Shown here: positions 26,605-35,844 of the stretch, one piece after another
Position numbering within the stretch: the stretch's first letter is position 1
Layout: the number at the start of each line of letters is the position of its first letter
Source: Candidatus Binatia bacterium
GTDB taxonomy: Bacteria; Desulfobacterota; Binatia; UTPRO1
Assembly (NCBI GenBank): GCA_041488235.1
Contig: JBGPOW010000002.1
Coordinates: 1-62,896, forward strand
Direction of reading: 5' to 3'
Length of the DNA: 62,896 bases
Translations under genes and position numbers: made by a program
Notes under the pieces: generated by a model
What the model was told of the DNA's origin: nothing
Databases searched by the model: none
The model's input: the letters and a program-made list of their open reading frames with translations, nothing else

Positions 26605-27936
26605 TTATACGAAGATCCCGCGGCGCTTGGCGAGTAGGTCGGCGATGCCGGTCGCGAGCGCCGCCCGCAAGCGCGCCGTGGTCTCGGCGACGATTTCTTC
26701 CTCGGGGCGGCCGTCGGCCTCAGGCGCGGCGATCGGCGGGCAGAAGTGCATGCGCCACTTGCTCGGCAGCGGCACCGCTCCGGCGACGCCGCAGAGCGGG
26801 AACGTCGGCGTGATCGGGATCCAGGGCAGCCCGACGAGACCGCCGACGCGGTAGAGCCGCGCCACCACCGGATACGCCTCCTCGGCGCCGACGATCGCGA
26901 CCGGTACGATGGGCGCGCCAGTACGAAGCGCGAGCCGCGCGGTGCCGGTCTTGAACGGACGCAACCGATAGCGCTCGGTGAAGCGCTTCTCGACGCCGGC
27001 GATGCCCTCGGGAAAGAGCCCGACGATCTCGCCACGCCGCAACATCATCTCGCCGTTCGGAAACGACGCCGGAAATGCGCCCAGCCGTCGGTACAGCGGT
27101 CCGATCAGCGGCAGCGCGTCGACGAAGCGATCGTAGAGGACGCGCAGGCAGCGCGCCGGCTTTCGCAGCTCGAGCGCGACCGCGAGCATGAACGCGTCGG
27201 CGGGGATCGCGCCCGAGTGGTTGGCGGCGATGAGCGCCGGCCCGGCGTCGGGCACGTGCTCCAGGCCGGACACCTCGACGCGCCAGTAATGATCGAAGAG
27301 GACGCGCAGCGGGCGCAGCCACGCGCGACGAAGCGGCAGATCGAGGTCGAAAGGGTCGGGCGTGGTGTCGGGTACGGTTTCCGTCGGTGCCGGCGCCTCG
27401 CTCGGCTGCGTCTCCGGCTGCACGAAGACCGTGGACCCCGGATCGTGCGCTTCCCGCACCACATCGTGCGCCGGCGACGCGTGGTGCGGCGGCGCTACGG
27501 TATCCTGTGGCGGCGGTGCGGGGGGCGAGCTGGGGAACAGTCGCGGGCGCGCCGCGATCGGCGTCGGCACGACGTGGATGTCGTGCGCGGCGAGATCGTC
27601 GAGCGTCGCGAGCAGCGCGCGCGCGTCGGGTGTGTCGATGAACCGCGCCTCGATCGTCACCTGCCTGGCATGGCGCGCGCGCATCGCCAGCGCTTCCTGG
27701 CGCACGCGGCGGAGCGTTGCGCCGTCGAACGTGCCGACGACGACCGCGCTCGCCGCGCCGGCACTCTCGCACCGTACGGTCGCGGCGAGAAGGCCCGTCG
27801 GCGTTGCGATCCGCTCGGTCGTCACGTCGGAGAGCGATGGCGCGACTTCTGGCTCGGAGCGCGTAGGCATGACTGAGGGCTGCTGATGACGAACCCTGGT
27901 ACTGTCCCCCCTCGTCGTCGGTATTGTCAACGCCAC
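26605..27936 (-). CDS. PlsC/LPLAT-superfamily acyltransferase with ~200-aa N-terminal extension
   Basis: Acyltransferase blocks IAANHSGAIPAD, LFPEGIAG and IVPVAIVG in the C-terminal 240 aa. The N-terminus has a possible STAS-like module and a Pro-rich linker. GTG start at 27936; ATG 27870 is an alternative. Confidence 0.75.
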   Translation of the reverse strand: MALTIPTTRGDSTRVRHQQPSVMPTRSEPEVAPSLSDVTTERIATPTGLLAATVRCESAGAASAVVVGTFDGATLRRVRQEALAMRARHARQVTIEARFIDTPDARALLATLDDLAAHDIHVVPTPIAARPRLFPSSPPAPPPQDTVAPPHHASPAHDVVREAHDPGSTVFVQPETQPSEAPAPTETVPDTTPDPFDLDLPLRRAWLRPLRVLFDHYWRVEVSGLEHVPDAGPALIAANHSGAIPADAFMLAVALELRKPARCLRVLYDRFVDALPLIGPLYRRLGAFPASFPNGEMMLRRGEIVGLFPEGIAGVEKRFTERYRLRPFKTGTARLALRTGAPIVPVAIVGAEEAYPVVARLYRVGGLVGLPWIPITPTFPLCGVAGAVPLPSKWRMHFCPPIAAPEADGRPEEEIVAETTARLRAALATGIADLLAKRRGIFV

Positions 27937-28050
27937 TTCGTGCGTTCCGCCGCGATGTGCCGTTGCGCGTGCGCTTGCGTCGCCGGTCGAGCGTCGGTAT
28001 GGCGAGCAACACCGTCGCGTTCGTGACGGGGGTGAACCGTCGACGCGATC

Positions 28051-29160
28051 GTGAGCCCGACCACCCGTTGCCGTGTGCTCTTCGCGCTCCCGAGCTTACG
28101 GGGTGGCGGCGCCGAGCGTGTGGTCGTGACGCTGCTGCGCCATCTCGACCGCACGCGCTTCGAGCCGCACCTCGTGCTCGTCGAGTCGGTAGGCCCATAT
28201 CTCGGCGATGTGCCGGACGACGTGGCGGTGCACGCGCTCGGCGCGCCGCGCCTGCGCCGCGCGATCCCCGGAATGTTGCGAGTCATCCGCGACGTGGGCC
28301 CGGCGGTCATTGTGTCGACGCAAGGCTACATGAACATGGCGCTGCTCCTGCTCCAGCCGTTTTTTCGCGGCTCGCGCTTGATCGTGCGCGAGGTCATCGG
28401 CGAGCGCTATCTCGAGAACAGCCGCTTTCAGCCGCTGCTCTACCGCGTGTATCTGCGCCTCGTCCGCCGCGCCGCGCGCATCGTCGTGCAGTCGGATGCG
28501 GTCCAGCGCGAGATGGCGGCGCGTCTCGCGTCGCCGCCGGGCCACGTCGTCCGTGTGTACAACCCCGTCGACGCGGAGGAGATTGCGATGCGTGCGCGTG
28601 CGGCGGCGCCGCTCGCCGCGGCCGAGCGGCCGCACGTGCTGGCGGCCGGCCGTCTCGGTCATCAAAAGGGGTTCGATCTCTTGCTCGAAGCGTTCGCCGG
28701 CGTGGTCCACACGCTCGGCCGCGGCACGCTCACGATTCTCGGCGACGGGCCGGAGCGCGCGACGCTCGCAGCGCAAGCCGCGGCCCTCGGGATCGCGCCG
28801 GCGGTACGCATCGTCGGCTTCCAGGAGAATCCCTTCGCGTATTTCGCCGCCGCCGACCTCTTCGTGCTCTCGTCGCGCTACGAGGGACTGCCGAACGTCG
28901 TCCTGGAGGCGCTCGCCTGCGGCTGTCCCGTCGTCGCCTTCGATTGCCCGCACGGCGCGCGCGAGATCGTTCGCGCGGAGCTGAACGGTCTCCTCGTCCC
29001 GCCCGAGGACGTCGCGTCGCTGCGCGCGGCGATGCTGCGCGTCTTGGAAAACGACGACGAGCGGCGCCGGCTCGCCGCCAACGCGCGCAGCAGCCTCGAG
29101 CCGTTTCTCGCGGCGACGATCGTGCGCGAGTGGGAAGCGCTCCTCGAAGCGGTGCGCTGA
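28051..29160 (+). CDS. GT4-family (GT-B fold) glycosyltransferase
   Basis: N-terminal LPSLRGGGAER and C-terminal GRLGHQKGFD...SSRYEGLPNVVLEALACGCPVV (E-x7-E region). Confidence 0.9.
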   Translation: MSPTTRCRVLFALPSLRGGGAERVVVTLLRHLDRTRFEPHLVLVESVGPYLGDVPDDVAVHALGAPRLRRAIPGMLRVIRDVGPAVIVSTQGYMNMALLLLQPFFRGSRLIVREVIGERYLENSRFQPLLYRVYLRLVRRAARIVVQSDAVQREMAARLASPPGHVVRVYNPVDAEEIAMRARAAAPLAAAERPHVLAAGRLGHQKGFDLLLEAFAGVVHTLGRGTLTILGDGPERATLAAQAAALGIAPAVRIVGFQENPFAYFAAADLFVLSSRYEGLPNVVLEALACGCPVVAFDCPHGAREIVRAELNGLLVPPEDVASLRAAMLRVLENDDERRRLAANARSSLEPFLAATIVREWEALLEAVR

Positions 29161-29190
29161 GCGACGCGCGGCGGCCGCCCAGTCCGGCGG

Positions 29191-30414
29191 TCACTCGTCG
29201 TCGAAGCGGAGCGGCGTCTCGACGCCGACGTTCCATCCGGCGCGCAGCGAGACGTAGCGCGTGTCCGTCGCGTCGCGCGGCAGGCAGCCGGCGGCGGCGC
29301 GTACGCGCTCCTCCATGCGCTCGACGGGAGCGGTCGTCACCGGCGGCGCGGGAAACGGTTTGGGGGCGCCGCGAAACTCGGGCGGGCGGGCGCCGCGAAA
29401 CGCGTTACCGGCGAGATACACGGATGCACCGCCGATCGCGCGCAGCGCCGAGTCCGCCTTGCCGCCGCGGTGGTGCGCGTACTCGGAGAGCACGAAGAGC
29501 GAGTCGACGACGTTACCGGTGGCGCCGTCCTCGAAGCGGGCGCCCCATTCGCCCCAGTCCTCGACGATGACGTTGCGGACGTCGGCGCGCGCGCGACCGG
29601 AGACGATGGGATTGCGGATCCAGCCTTTCTGGATCCAGCTGTGGTGCAGGGACAGGTTCGTGCCGCCTTCCTTGCAGAAGACGGAGCGAGTGTTGCCCGC
29701 GAGGAAGAGGTACTGCGCCGTCACGTCGTGGGCCTCGTACCCGACCGACAGGCCGTCGTCGCGCGCCCCGGTCGACGACACGTGGGTGAAGACGATGTCG
29801 TGCGCCTCGGGGCCTTGCGCGCGGAGATTGTCGTAACCGTTTCGCAGGCGCAGGTTGCGCACGATCACGTCGTGGGTGCGAATGTCGAGCAACGCGACGT
29901 CGTGTCCGAGCTCGCTGCCGTCGATCGTGGCGCCGCGACCGTCGATCGTGACGTTCGGTGCCGTGAGGTAGGGCAGCGGACGCGTGACCATGATCGGCTC
30001 GTCGACATCGAAGCGCAGCACGGCGTCGCCGGTCTCGTTGACGTCGCGGATCGCGTCGCGCAAGCGCTCGACGCTCGGCTCGGTCACCCACACCTCGCGG
30101 CCGCCGGCGCCGCCTTTGGTCGCGCTGCCGAAGCCTTCGAGCGGCTCCTCGGCGCGCGACGCGGCGGCGCGCGGCGGACGCCGGACGGCCGCCGGCGGGG
30201 GCGCCGGAGTCGCGCGCGGCGCAGGCGAGCTCGTCGCGCTCGTCCGCGGTCGCGCGTGCGGCGAGGTGGCGCGTTTCGGCACGGCGCTCGTGCCGTGCGC
30301 AATCCCGCTGCACGCCGCTGCGCCGAGCGTCGCGAGCGCGAGCGCGAGCAGTGCATGATGCGCCATCCACAGCACGCCGCGGCCGTCGCGTCGGTGTCGA
30401 GTGCGTGTGGACAT
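29191..30414 (-). CDS. lipoprotein with right-handed parallel beta-helix, pectate-lyase-like polysaccharide lyase (putative)
   Basis: Signal peptide plus lipobox (LALATLGAAAC) and a Pro/Ala/Ser linker. Repetitive beta-helix rungs follow: NVTIDGRGATIDG, DVIVRNLRLRNG, DIVFTHVS, DDGLSV. The start is chosen at the ATG giving MSTRTRHRRDG...; ATG 30366 is an alternative. Confidence 0.65.
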   Translation of the reverse strand: MSTRTRHRRDGRGVLWMAHHALLALALATLGAAACSGIAHGTSAVPKRATSPHARPRTSATSSPAPRATPAPPPAAVRRPPRAAASRAEEPLEGFGSATKGGAGGREVWVTEPSVERLRDAIRDVNETGDAVLRFDVDEPIMVTRPLPYLTAPNVTIDGRGATIDGSELGHDVALLDIRTHDVIVRNLRLRNGYDNLRAQGPEAHDIVFTHVSSTGARDDGLSVGYEAHDVTAQYLFLAGNTRSVFCKEGGTNLSLHHSWIQKGWIRNPIVSGRARADVRNVIVEDWGEWGARFEDGATGNVVDSLFVLSEYAHHRGGKADSALRAIGGASVYLAGNAFRGARPPEFRGAPKPFPAPPVTTAPVERMEERVRAAAGCLPRDATDTRYVSLRAGWNVGVETPLRFDDE

Positions 30415-30682
30415 CGCGGACGACACGTACCATGCGCCCGCGGCGCTGTCGCGACGGTCGTGAGGCGGGCGAGCGAGGCGTGCGCGTTTCCGGGAAGAGA
30501 AGTCTACGTCTGCGCGCGCGCCGCGCTCGCCCATCTCACGACCTCGCGACCGCGCGGAAATACGCTACTTGGCGTGCTGCGTTCCATCGTATATCAGAGC
30601 GATACGTATCCACGGGCTCGCCGCATCTTTTCCGCCTCGACGAGCCACACACGTTTCGCAGAAGAGGCGAGCCACGAACGCC

Positions 30683-31648
30683 ATGGTGACCCAGGTCGAT
30701 CGCCGTCGTAGCGCCAGCATCTTGGCGTGTCCGAGTTGCGGCGGCGACGTCGAGCCCGTCTCCGGCGGTCTCGAGTGCGTCGCCTGTCGCTCGGTCTACG
30801 CCGACGACGGAGTGTTGCGCTTCGTGAACCGCGAGGCGTACGCCGAGTCCTTCGGCGTGCAGTGGAAGACGTTCTCGCGCGTGCAGCTCGACTCCGGGCG
30901 CCTCGCCGATTCCGAGCGACGGTTTCGTGCCGAGACCGCGCTGCAGCCGAGCGACGTCCGCGGCAAGGTCGTGCTCGAGGCGGGCTGCGGGATGGGCCGC
31001 TTCCTCGACGTCGTTTCGCGCGACGGCGCCGCGCTCGCGGTCGGCGTCGACCTCTCGAGCGCCGTCGACGCCGCGGCGGAGAACCTCGGCCGGCGGGACA
31101 ACGTCCTGATCGTCCAAGGCGACATCTTCAAGCTGCCGTTCAAGCCCGGCGCTTTCGACGTCATCTACTCGATCGGCGTCCTGCACCACACGCCGTCGTG
31201 CGAGCGCGCGTTCAAGGCGCTGGTGCCGCTCGTCACACCCGGCGGGACGATCGCCATCAGCGTCTACGCCGCAACGGTGAAGCCCGGTGTGCCGTGGGCG
31301 CTCAACATCTTTCGCCGACGCGCGTGGCGCGTGATCACGCGCCGCTTGCCGCGCCGAGTCGTCATGTGGTGGTCGAAGTACGCGGTGCCGATTTTCTGGG
31401 CGATCGACAAGATCCCGGTCGTTCGTTACGTGCGGTATCTCTTCCCGGTGCTGATCTACAAGGACTACCCGCTCGAGTGGTCCGTCCTCGACACCTTCGA
31501 CACCTATGCGACGGAGCTCGAGTCGCGGCACCGGCCGAAAGAGGTCTTCCGCTGGTTTCGCGAGATGCGGCTCACCGACATCGACCTCCTCGACAGTGAC
31601 GACGGGTGGGTGAGCGTGCGCGGTCGCGTGCCGACGCGGCTCGCCTGA
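30683..31648 (+). CDS. class I SAM-dependent methyltransferase with N-terminal Cys4 zinc-ribbon
   Basis: CPSCGG...CVAC ribbon, then motif I VLEAGCGMGRF and motif II-like VIYSIGVLHH. Confidence 0.8.
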   Translation: MVTQVDRRRSASILACPSCGGDVEPVSGGLECVACRSVYADDGVLRFVNREAYAESFGVQWKTFSRVQLDSGRLADSERRFRAETALQPSDVRGKVVLEAGCGMGRFLDVVSRDGAALAVGVDLSSAVDAAAENLGRRDNVLIVQGDIFKLPFKPGAFDVIYSIGVLHHTPSCERAFKALVPLVTPGGTIAISVYAATVKPGVPWALNIFRRRAWRVITRRLPRRVVMWWSKYAVPIFWAIDKIPVVRYVRYLFPVLIYKDYPLEWSVLDTFDTYATELESRHRPKEVFRWFREMRLTDIDLLDSDDGWVSVRGRVPTRLA

Positions 31649-31661
31649 CCGCGCGCGCGTC

Positions 31662-33548
31662 ATGTGCGGCATCGTCGGGATCTTCAACTTCGATCGGGAG
31701 CGACCGGTCGACGAGGCGCTCCTGCGGACGATGAACGCCGCGATCACGCATCGCGGCCCGGATGAGGACGGCTTCTACGTCAACGGTCCGCTCGGCATGG
31801 CGAACCGGCGTCTCAGCATCATCGGGCTCGCCGACGGCCGCCAACCGATCGCCAACGAGGACCGCACGGTCTGGACCGTGTTCAACGGCGAGATCTACAA
31901 CTACCCCGATCTCCGGCGCGAGCTCACGGCTCGTGGGCACACCTTCCGCACCAGCACCGACACGGAGGTGCTCGTCCACCTCTACGAGGAGCACGGCGAA
32001 GATTTCGTCCGCTACCTGAACGGGATGTTCGCGATCGCCCTCTGGGACGATCGTCGCCGCCGTCTGTTGATCTATCGCGACCGCCTCGGCGAGAAGCCCC
32101 TCTACTACGTGCGCACGGCCGCGCGCCTGCTCTTCGCGTCCGAGATCAAAGCGATTCTGCGCGATCCGTCCGTCGACCGCAGCGTCGATCCCGCGGCGCT
32201 CTACGACTACCTGAGCTTCCAGTACAACCCGCGTCGCGAGACGATCTTCCGCGGCATCGTGCGGTTGAAACCGGGGACGATGCTCGTCGTCACCGCCGAC
32301 GGCGTCACCGAACGCACGTATTGGGAGCTTCCCGCCGCCGCCGGCGCCCTGCGTTCGGAGGACGAGTACCTCGAGGAGCTGCGCGCGCTGCTGCGCGACT
32401 CCGTGCGCCGCCGGCTGCTCGCGGACGTGCCGCTCGGCGCGTTCTTGAGCGGTGGTCTCGACTCCAGCGTCGTCGTCGGCCTCATGACCGAGGCGCTCGC
32501 CGGGCCGGTGCAGACGTTCTCGGTCGGCTTCAAGGTCGCCGGCGGGTACGACGAGAGCGGGCACGCGGAGCGCGTCGCGCGGCACTTCGGCGCCGATCAC
32601 CACACGCTCGTCGTCGAGTCGATGGACGTCGAGCGCCTCCTGCCGCGCACCGTGTACTCCCTCGACGAGCCGATCGCCGACTTCGCCGCGATTCCGACGT
32701 TTCTCGTCTCCGAGTTCGCGCGTCGCCACGTCAAAGTGGTGCTGACCGGGGAGGGCGCCGACGAGCTCTTCGCCGGCTACGAGCACTATCGGCTCGCGGC
32801 GATGCTAGGCCGCTATCAGCGCTTGCCGGGCGGCGTCCGGCGGCTGCTCTCGGCCCTCGGCGCCGCGGCGCCGCCACGCGTCGCCAAGGCGCTCGCGGCG
32901 GGCGCCCTCGACCCACTCGCCGGATTCCGTCTGGTGAAGTCGGTCTTCCGTCCGACCGAGCTCGACGGCCTGCTCTCCGGCGACGTCCGCGCGCAGCTGA
33001 ACGGTGCGGCGGCGGCGGTGCAACCGGACTTCGCGCGCATCTTCGCACGCGCCCGCGATCTCGACCCGCTGAACCGCTACCTCCTCGCCGACCTCGCCAC
33101 CTGGCTGCCTGAGGACCTGCTGATGAAGGTCGACAAGATGAGCATGAGCGTGAGCCTCGAGGCGCGCGTGCCGTTCCTCGACCACCGCGTCGTCGAGCTC
33201 GCCGCGGGTATGCCGTCGGCGCTCAAATGGCGGCGCGGCGGCAAGTACATCTTGAAGCGGCTCGCTACCGGGCTCGTGCCGCAGGAGATCATCGACCGGC
33301 CGAAGCACGGCTTTCGCTTGCCGCTCGACCGCTGGTTCCGCGCCGAGCTCCGCCCGATGGCGGAGGATCTCCTGCTCGGACCGACCGCGCGCGGGCGCGG
33401 ATTTTTCGATGGCGCCGCTGTCGCCGCGCTGTGGCGCCGCTACGTCGCGGGCGACGACGAGTGCTTCATGCAGATCTGGACGCTCATCAACTTCGAGATC
33501 TGGTGCCGCGGCTTCCTCGACGACCGCGCCGCCGCCGAGGCGGCGTGA
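31662..33548 (+). CDS. asnB: asparagine synthase (glutamine-hydrolysing)-type amidotransferase, copy 1
   Basis: Ntn nucleophile MCGI at the N-terminus, PP-loop LSGGLDSS, 628 aa. Confidence 0.92.
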   Translation: MCGIVGIFNFDRERPVDEALLRTMNAAITHRGPDEDGFYVNGPLGMANRRLSIIGLADGRQPIANEDRTVWTVFNGEIYNYPDLRRELTARGHTFRTSTDTEVLVHLYEEHGEDFVRYLNGMFAIALWDDRRRRLLIYRDRLGEKPLYYVRTAARLLFASEIKAILRDPSVDRSVDPAALYDYLSFQYNPRRETIFRGIVRLKPGTMLVVTADGVTERTYWELPAAAGALRSEDEYLEELRALLRDSVRRRLLADVPLGAFLSGGLDSSVVVGLMTEALAGPVQTFSVGFKVAGGYDESGHAERVARHFGADHHTLVVESMDVERLLPRTVYSLDEPIADFAAIPTFLVSEFARRHVKVVLTGEGADELFAGYEHYRLAAMLGRYQRLPGGVRRLLSALGAAAPPRVAKALAAGALDPLAGFRLVKSVFRPTELDGLLSGDVRAQLNGAAAAVQPDFARIFARARDLDPLNRYLLADLATWLPEDLLMKVDKMSMSVSLEARVPFLDHRVVELAAGMPSALKWRRGGKYILKRLATGLVPQEIIDRPKHGFRLPLDRWFRAELRPMAEDLLLGPTARGRGFFDGAAVAALWRRYVAGDDECFMQIWTLINFEIWCRGFLDDRAAAEAA

Positions 33549-34831
33549 GCGCGACCGCCGGGACGCCTCCCGGTACCCACCTGGCGTACGTCACCGCCGG
33601 CTTCCCGAACCTCACGCAATCCTTCGTACGTCGCGAGGTCGAGACGGTGCGGGCGCTCGGCGTGCCGCTCACGATCTTCTCCGTCCGTCCGCCGCCGCGG
33701 GAGTTCCCCGATCCCAGCCTGGCGCGCTACGTCGACGAGACGATCTACGGCACGCGGCTGTCGCTGGCGCTGTTCGCGGCGCACGCCCATTTCCTTCGGC
33801 GCCGGCCGCGACGGTACCTCGCGGCGCTCGGACGCGTGCTCGCGCTCGCGTTCCGCCAGTGGCGCTGCGGCAGCCTGCCGCTCCGCACGTGCGTCGTCTT
33901 TCCGATGAGCGTCTACTTTGCGCGCGTCATGGAGGAGCGCGCGGTGACGCACGTCCACGCCCACTTCGCCAATCACCCGACGACCGCCGCGCGCGTCGCC
34001 GCGAGCCTTCTCGACCTGCCGTTCACGTTCACCGGACACGCGTGGGACATCTTCGTGCCCGCGAATCAGATCGGCCTCGCCGACAAGATCGCCGAGGCGA
34101 CGGCCGTCGTCACGTGCACCGAGTTCAATCGTCGACTGCTGTGCGAGCTCGTCTCGCCGGCACAGCGCGCGAAGATCGCGGTCTGCTATCACGGGATGAC
34201 GTTGCCGTCGGGTCCGCGGCCGGAGCGCGAGGCCGATCTGATCGTCGCCGTCGGGCGGCTGAGGCAGAAGAAGGGGTTTCATCACTTGGTTGCGGCGTGC
34301 GCCGAGCTCGCGCGCGACGGCGTCCCACTTCGCTGCGTCATCATCGGCGAGGGCGAGGAGGAGTCGTCGCTCAACGAGGCGATCGCGTGCGCCGGCTTGC
34401 GCGATCGCGTGACGCTCGCCGGCGCACGCCCGCATCGCGAGGTGATGGATTGGATCGCGCGCGCGGCGGTTTTCGCGCTGCCGAGCATGATCGCGAAGGA
34501 CGCTTCCATGGATGGTATCCCGAACGTGATCCTCGAGGCGTTCGCGGTCGAGACGCCGGTGGTCTCGACGCGGCTCTCGGGCATCCCGGAGGTGGTGCGC
34601 GACGGCGAGACGGGGGTGCTCATCGCGCCGGACGATCCACACGCGCTCGCGACGGCGTTGCGCGATGTCCTTGCGCATCCGGAGACGCACCGCGCGCGCG
34701 CGCGGCGCGGACGTGACCTCGTCGCGGCGGCGTTCGATCTGGACCGCAACGTGCGCCAGTTCCTCGCCTGGATCACGGAGCCTCATGGCGACGACGCCGC
34801 GGCCAGCGCTACGCAACGCGCCGTTTCTTGA
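33545..34831 (+). CDS. GT4-family glycosyltransferase (WcaL-like)
   Basis: GTG overlaps the asnB stop (GTGA). C-terminal GRLRQKKGF...DGIPNVILEAFAVETPVVSTRLSGIPEVV matches the GT-B donor-binding region. Confidence 0.85.
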   Translation: MSATAGTPPGTHLAYVTAGFPNLTQSFVRREVETVRALGVPLTIFSVRPPPREFPDPSLARYVDETIYGTRLSLALFAAHAHFLRRRPRRYLAALGRVLALAFRQWRCGSLPLRTCVVFPMSVYFARVMEERAVTHVHAHFANHPTTAARVAASLLDLPFTFTGHAWDIFVPANQIGLADKIAEATAVVTCTEFNRRLLCELVSPAQRAKIAVCYHGMTLPSGPRPEREADLIVAVGRLRQKKGFHHLVAACAELARDGVPLRCVIIGEGEEESSLNEAIACAGLRDRVTLAGARPHREVMDWIARAAVFALPSMIAKDASMDGIPNVILEAFAVETPVVSTRLSGIPEVVRDGETGVLIAPDDPHALATALRDVLAHPETHRARARRGRDLVAAAFDLDRNVRQFLAWITEPHGDDAAASATQRAVS

Positions 34832-35163
34832 CACTCGGCCGCGCGATGCTACTGAGTCACCCCATGCTCGACCAGATGCGACGCCATACCGAAGACATCA
34901 TCCGCTACTACGGCGAGTTGAGCCGGCGCGTCTCCGACAACGGCGTCGATGGCATTCCGCAATTGCTCGAGCTCGCGAAGCAGCTCGAGGCCGCGGTCGC
35001 CGACGTCGGCGCGGAGGAGCTCACGTGGATCGGAACGGAGATCAAGCAGCTCCTCGATCAGCTCGTGCGCATGGACGCGCAGCTCGAGCACCTGCGTGAG
35101 TTGAAGACGCTCCTCACGCAGCCGCAGGAGATCGAGCAAGGTCGTCGCCGCTCCTCGTTGTAA
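34828..35163 (+). CDS. small helical/coiled-coil protein, unknown family (paralog 1)
   Basis: 111-aa ORF with balanced composition. Aligns with the 35401-35676 product (...EL..IGTEIKQLLDQL..MD.QL..L..LK vs ...EL..MTGEIKNVIEALL.ID.EL..VQNLK). The start is uncertain: TTG 34828, ATG 34846 or ATG 34864. Confidence 0.5.
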   Translation: MTLGRAMLLSHPMLDQMRRHTEDIIRYYGELSRRVSDNGVDGIPQLLELAKQLEAAVADVGAEELTWIGTEIKQLLDQLVRMDAQLEHLRELKTLLTQPQEIEQGRRRSSL

Positions 35164-35332
35164 GCCGGCGGGCGACGATACGCCTGCTCGTCATCGCGAG
35201 CCACACCGTTGGATCCACCGCAGCCGCACGATGGCGAGCGACCGTCGTGCAGCTTTGCATGAGGGTGGTCTCGACGTTCAGCGGCTTAGCTCTTGAAAAT
35301 TCGCAGGTTTTCCGATTTTCGCAACGGCCGCG

Positions 35333-35347
35333 TGGCACTGGAATTGC
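35333..35347 (+). promoter_or_regulatory. sigma54 (-24/-12) promoter
   Basis: TGGCAC-tggaa-TTGCT, an exact match to the TGGCAC-N5-TTGCW consensus. It lies 54 nt upstream of GTG 35401, which has a GAAGGAG SD. Confidence 0.8.
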
Positions 35348-35400
35348 TTTCGTCGTGTCGCCCCTATCCGCTCGGTAGGCGCACCCGAAGGAGTTCTGCC

Positions 35401-35676
35401 GTGACCCAGGAGATCCGCGAACTGATCGACCGCATCCTCGCCTCCTACGACGAGATGGACCGCCGCTTCACGGCTGCGGGTGGACTTGGCAACCTGCTCA
35501 GCCTGTACGAACAGGTACGACGCGAGCTCGAACGCGTCTCGTTCCAGGAGCTCGACCGGATGACGGGTGAGATCAAGAACGTCATCGAAGCCCTCTTGAC
35601 GATCGATTACGAGCTGCGGAAGGTCCAAAATCTGAAGCTGGTCTTCGACTCGCGGGGGGGGATCGGGGGGCAGTAG
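35401..35676 (+). CDS. small helical/coiled-coil protein, unknown family (paralog 2)
   Basis: 91 aa from GTG 35401, preceded by GAAGGAG (35387-35393). The longer track ORF would include the sigma54 promoter itself. Paralogous to the 34828-35163 product. Confidence 0.6.
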   Translation: MTQEIRELIDRILASYDEMDRRFTAAGGLGNLLSLYEQVRRELERVSFQELDRMTGEIKNVIEALLTIDYELRKVQNLKLVFDSRGGIGGQ

Positions 35677-35754
35677 CGCCTCGGCTGGGCGCCGCCCGGT
35701 CGGGCGCCGTCGCCGTACGGCACGCGCGCGGGGCGCGCGCCGGAGCCCGAAAAC

Positions 35755-35771
35755 TCTGCAAGACGCGGGGT
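35755..35771 (+). repeat. 17-nt direct repeat, copy 1 (TCTGCAAGACGCGGGGT)
   Basis: Identical 17-mer recurs at 35845-35861, exactly 90 bp downstream. Confidence 0.8.
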
Positions 35772-35793
35772 TTTAATCACGCGAAATTGTGGG

Positions 35794-35822
35794 TTGAAGG
35801 GCCGATAGGGGGCGGATAGAAT
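35794..35822 (+). promoter_or_regulatory. candidate sigma70-type promoter for the kinase-activator operon
   Basis: TTGAAG-N17-TAGAAT in the 231-bp gap upstream of ATG 35908. Confidence 0.35.
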
Positions 35823-35844
35823 TTGCGTCGTTTCGCCACACAGT

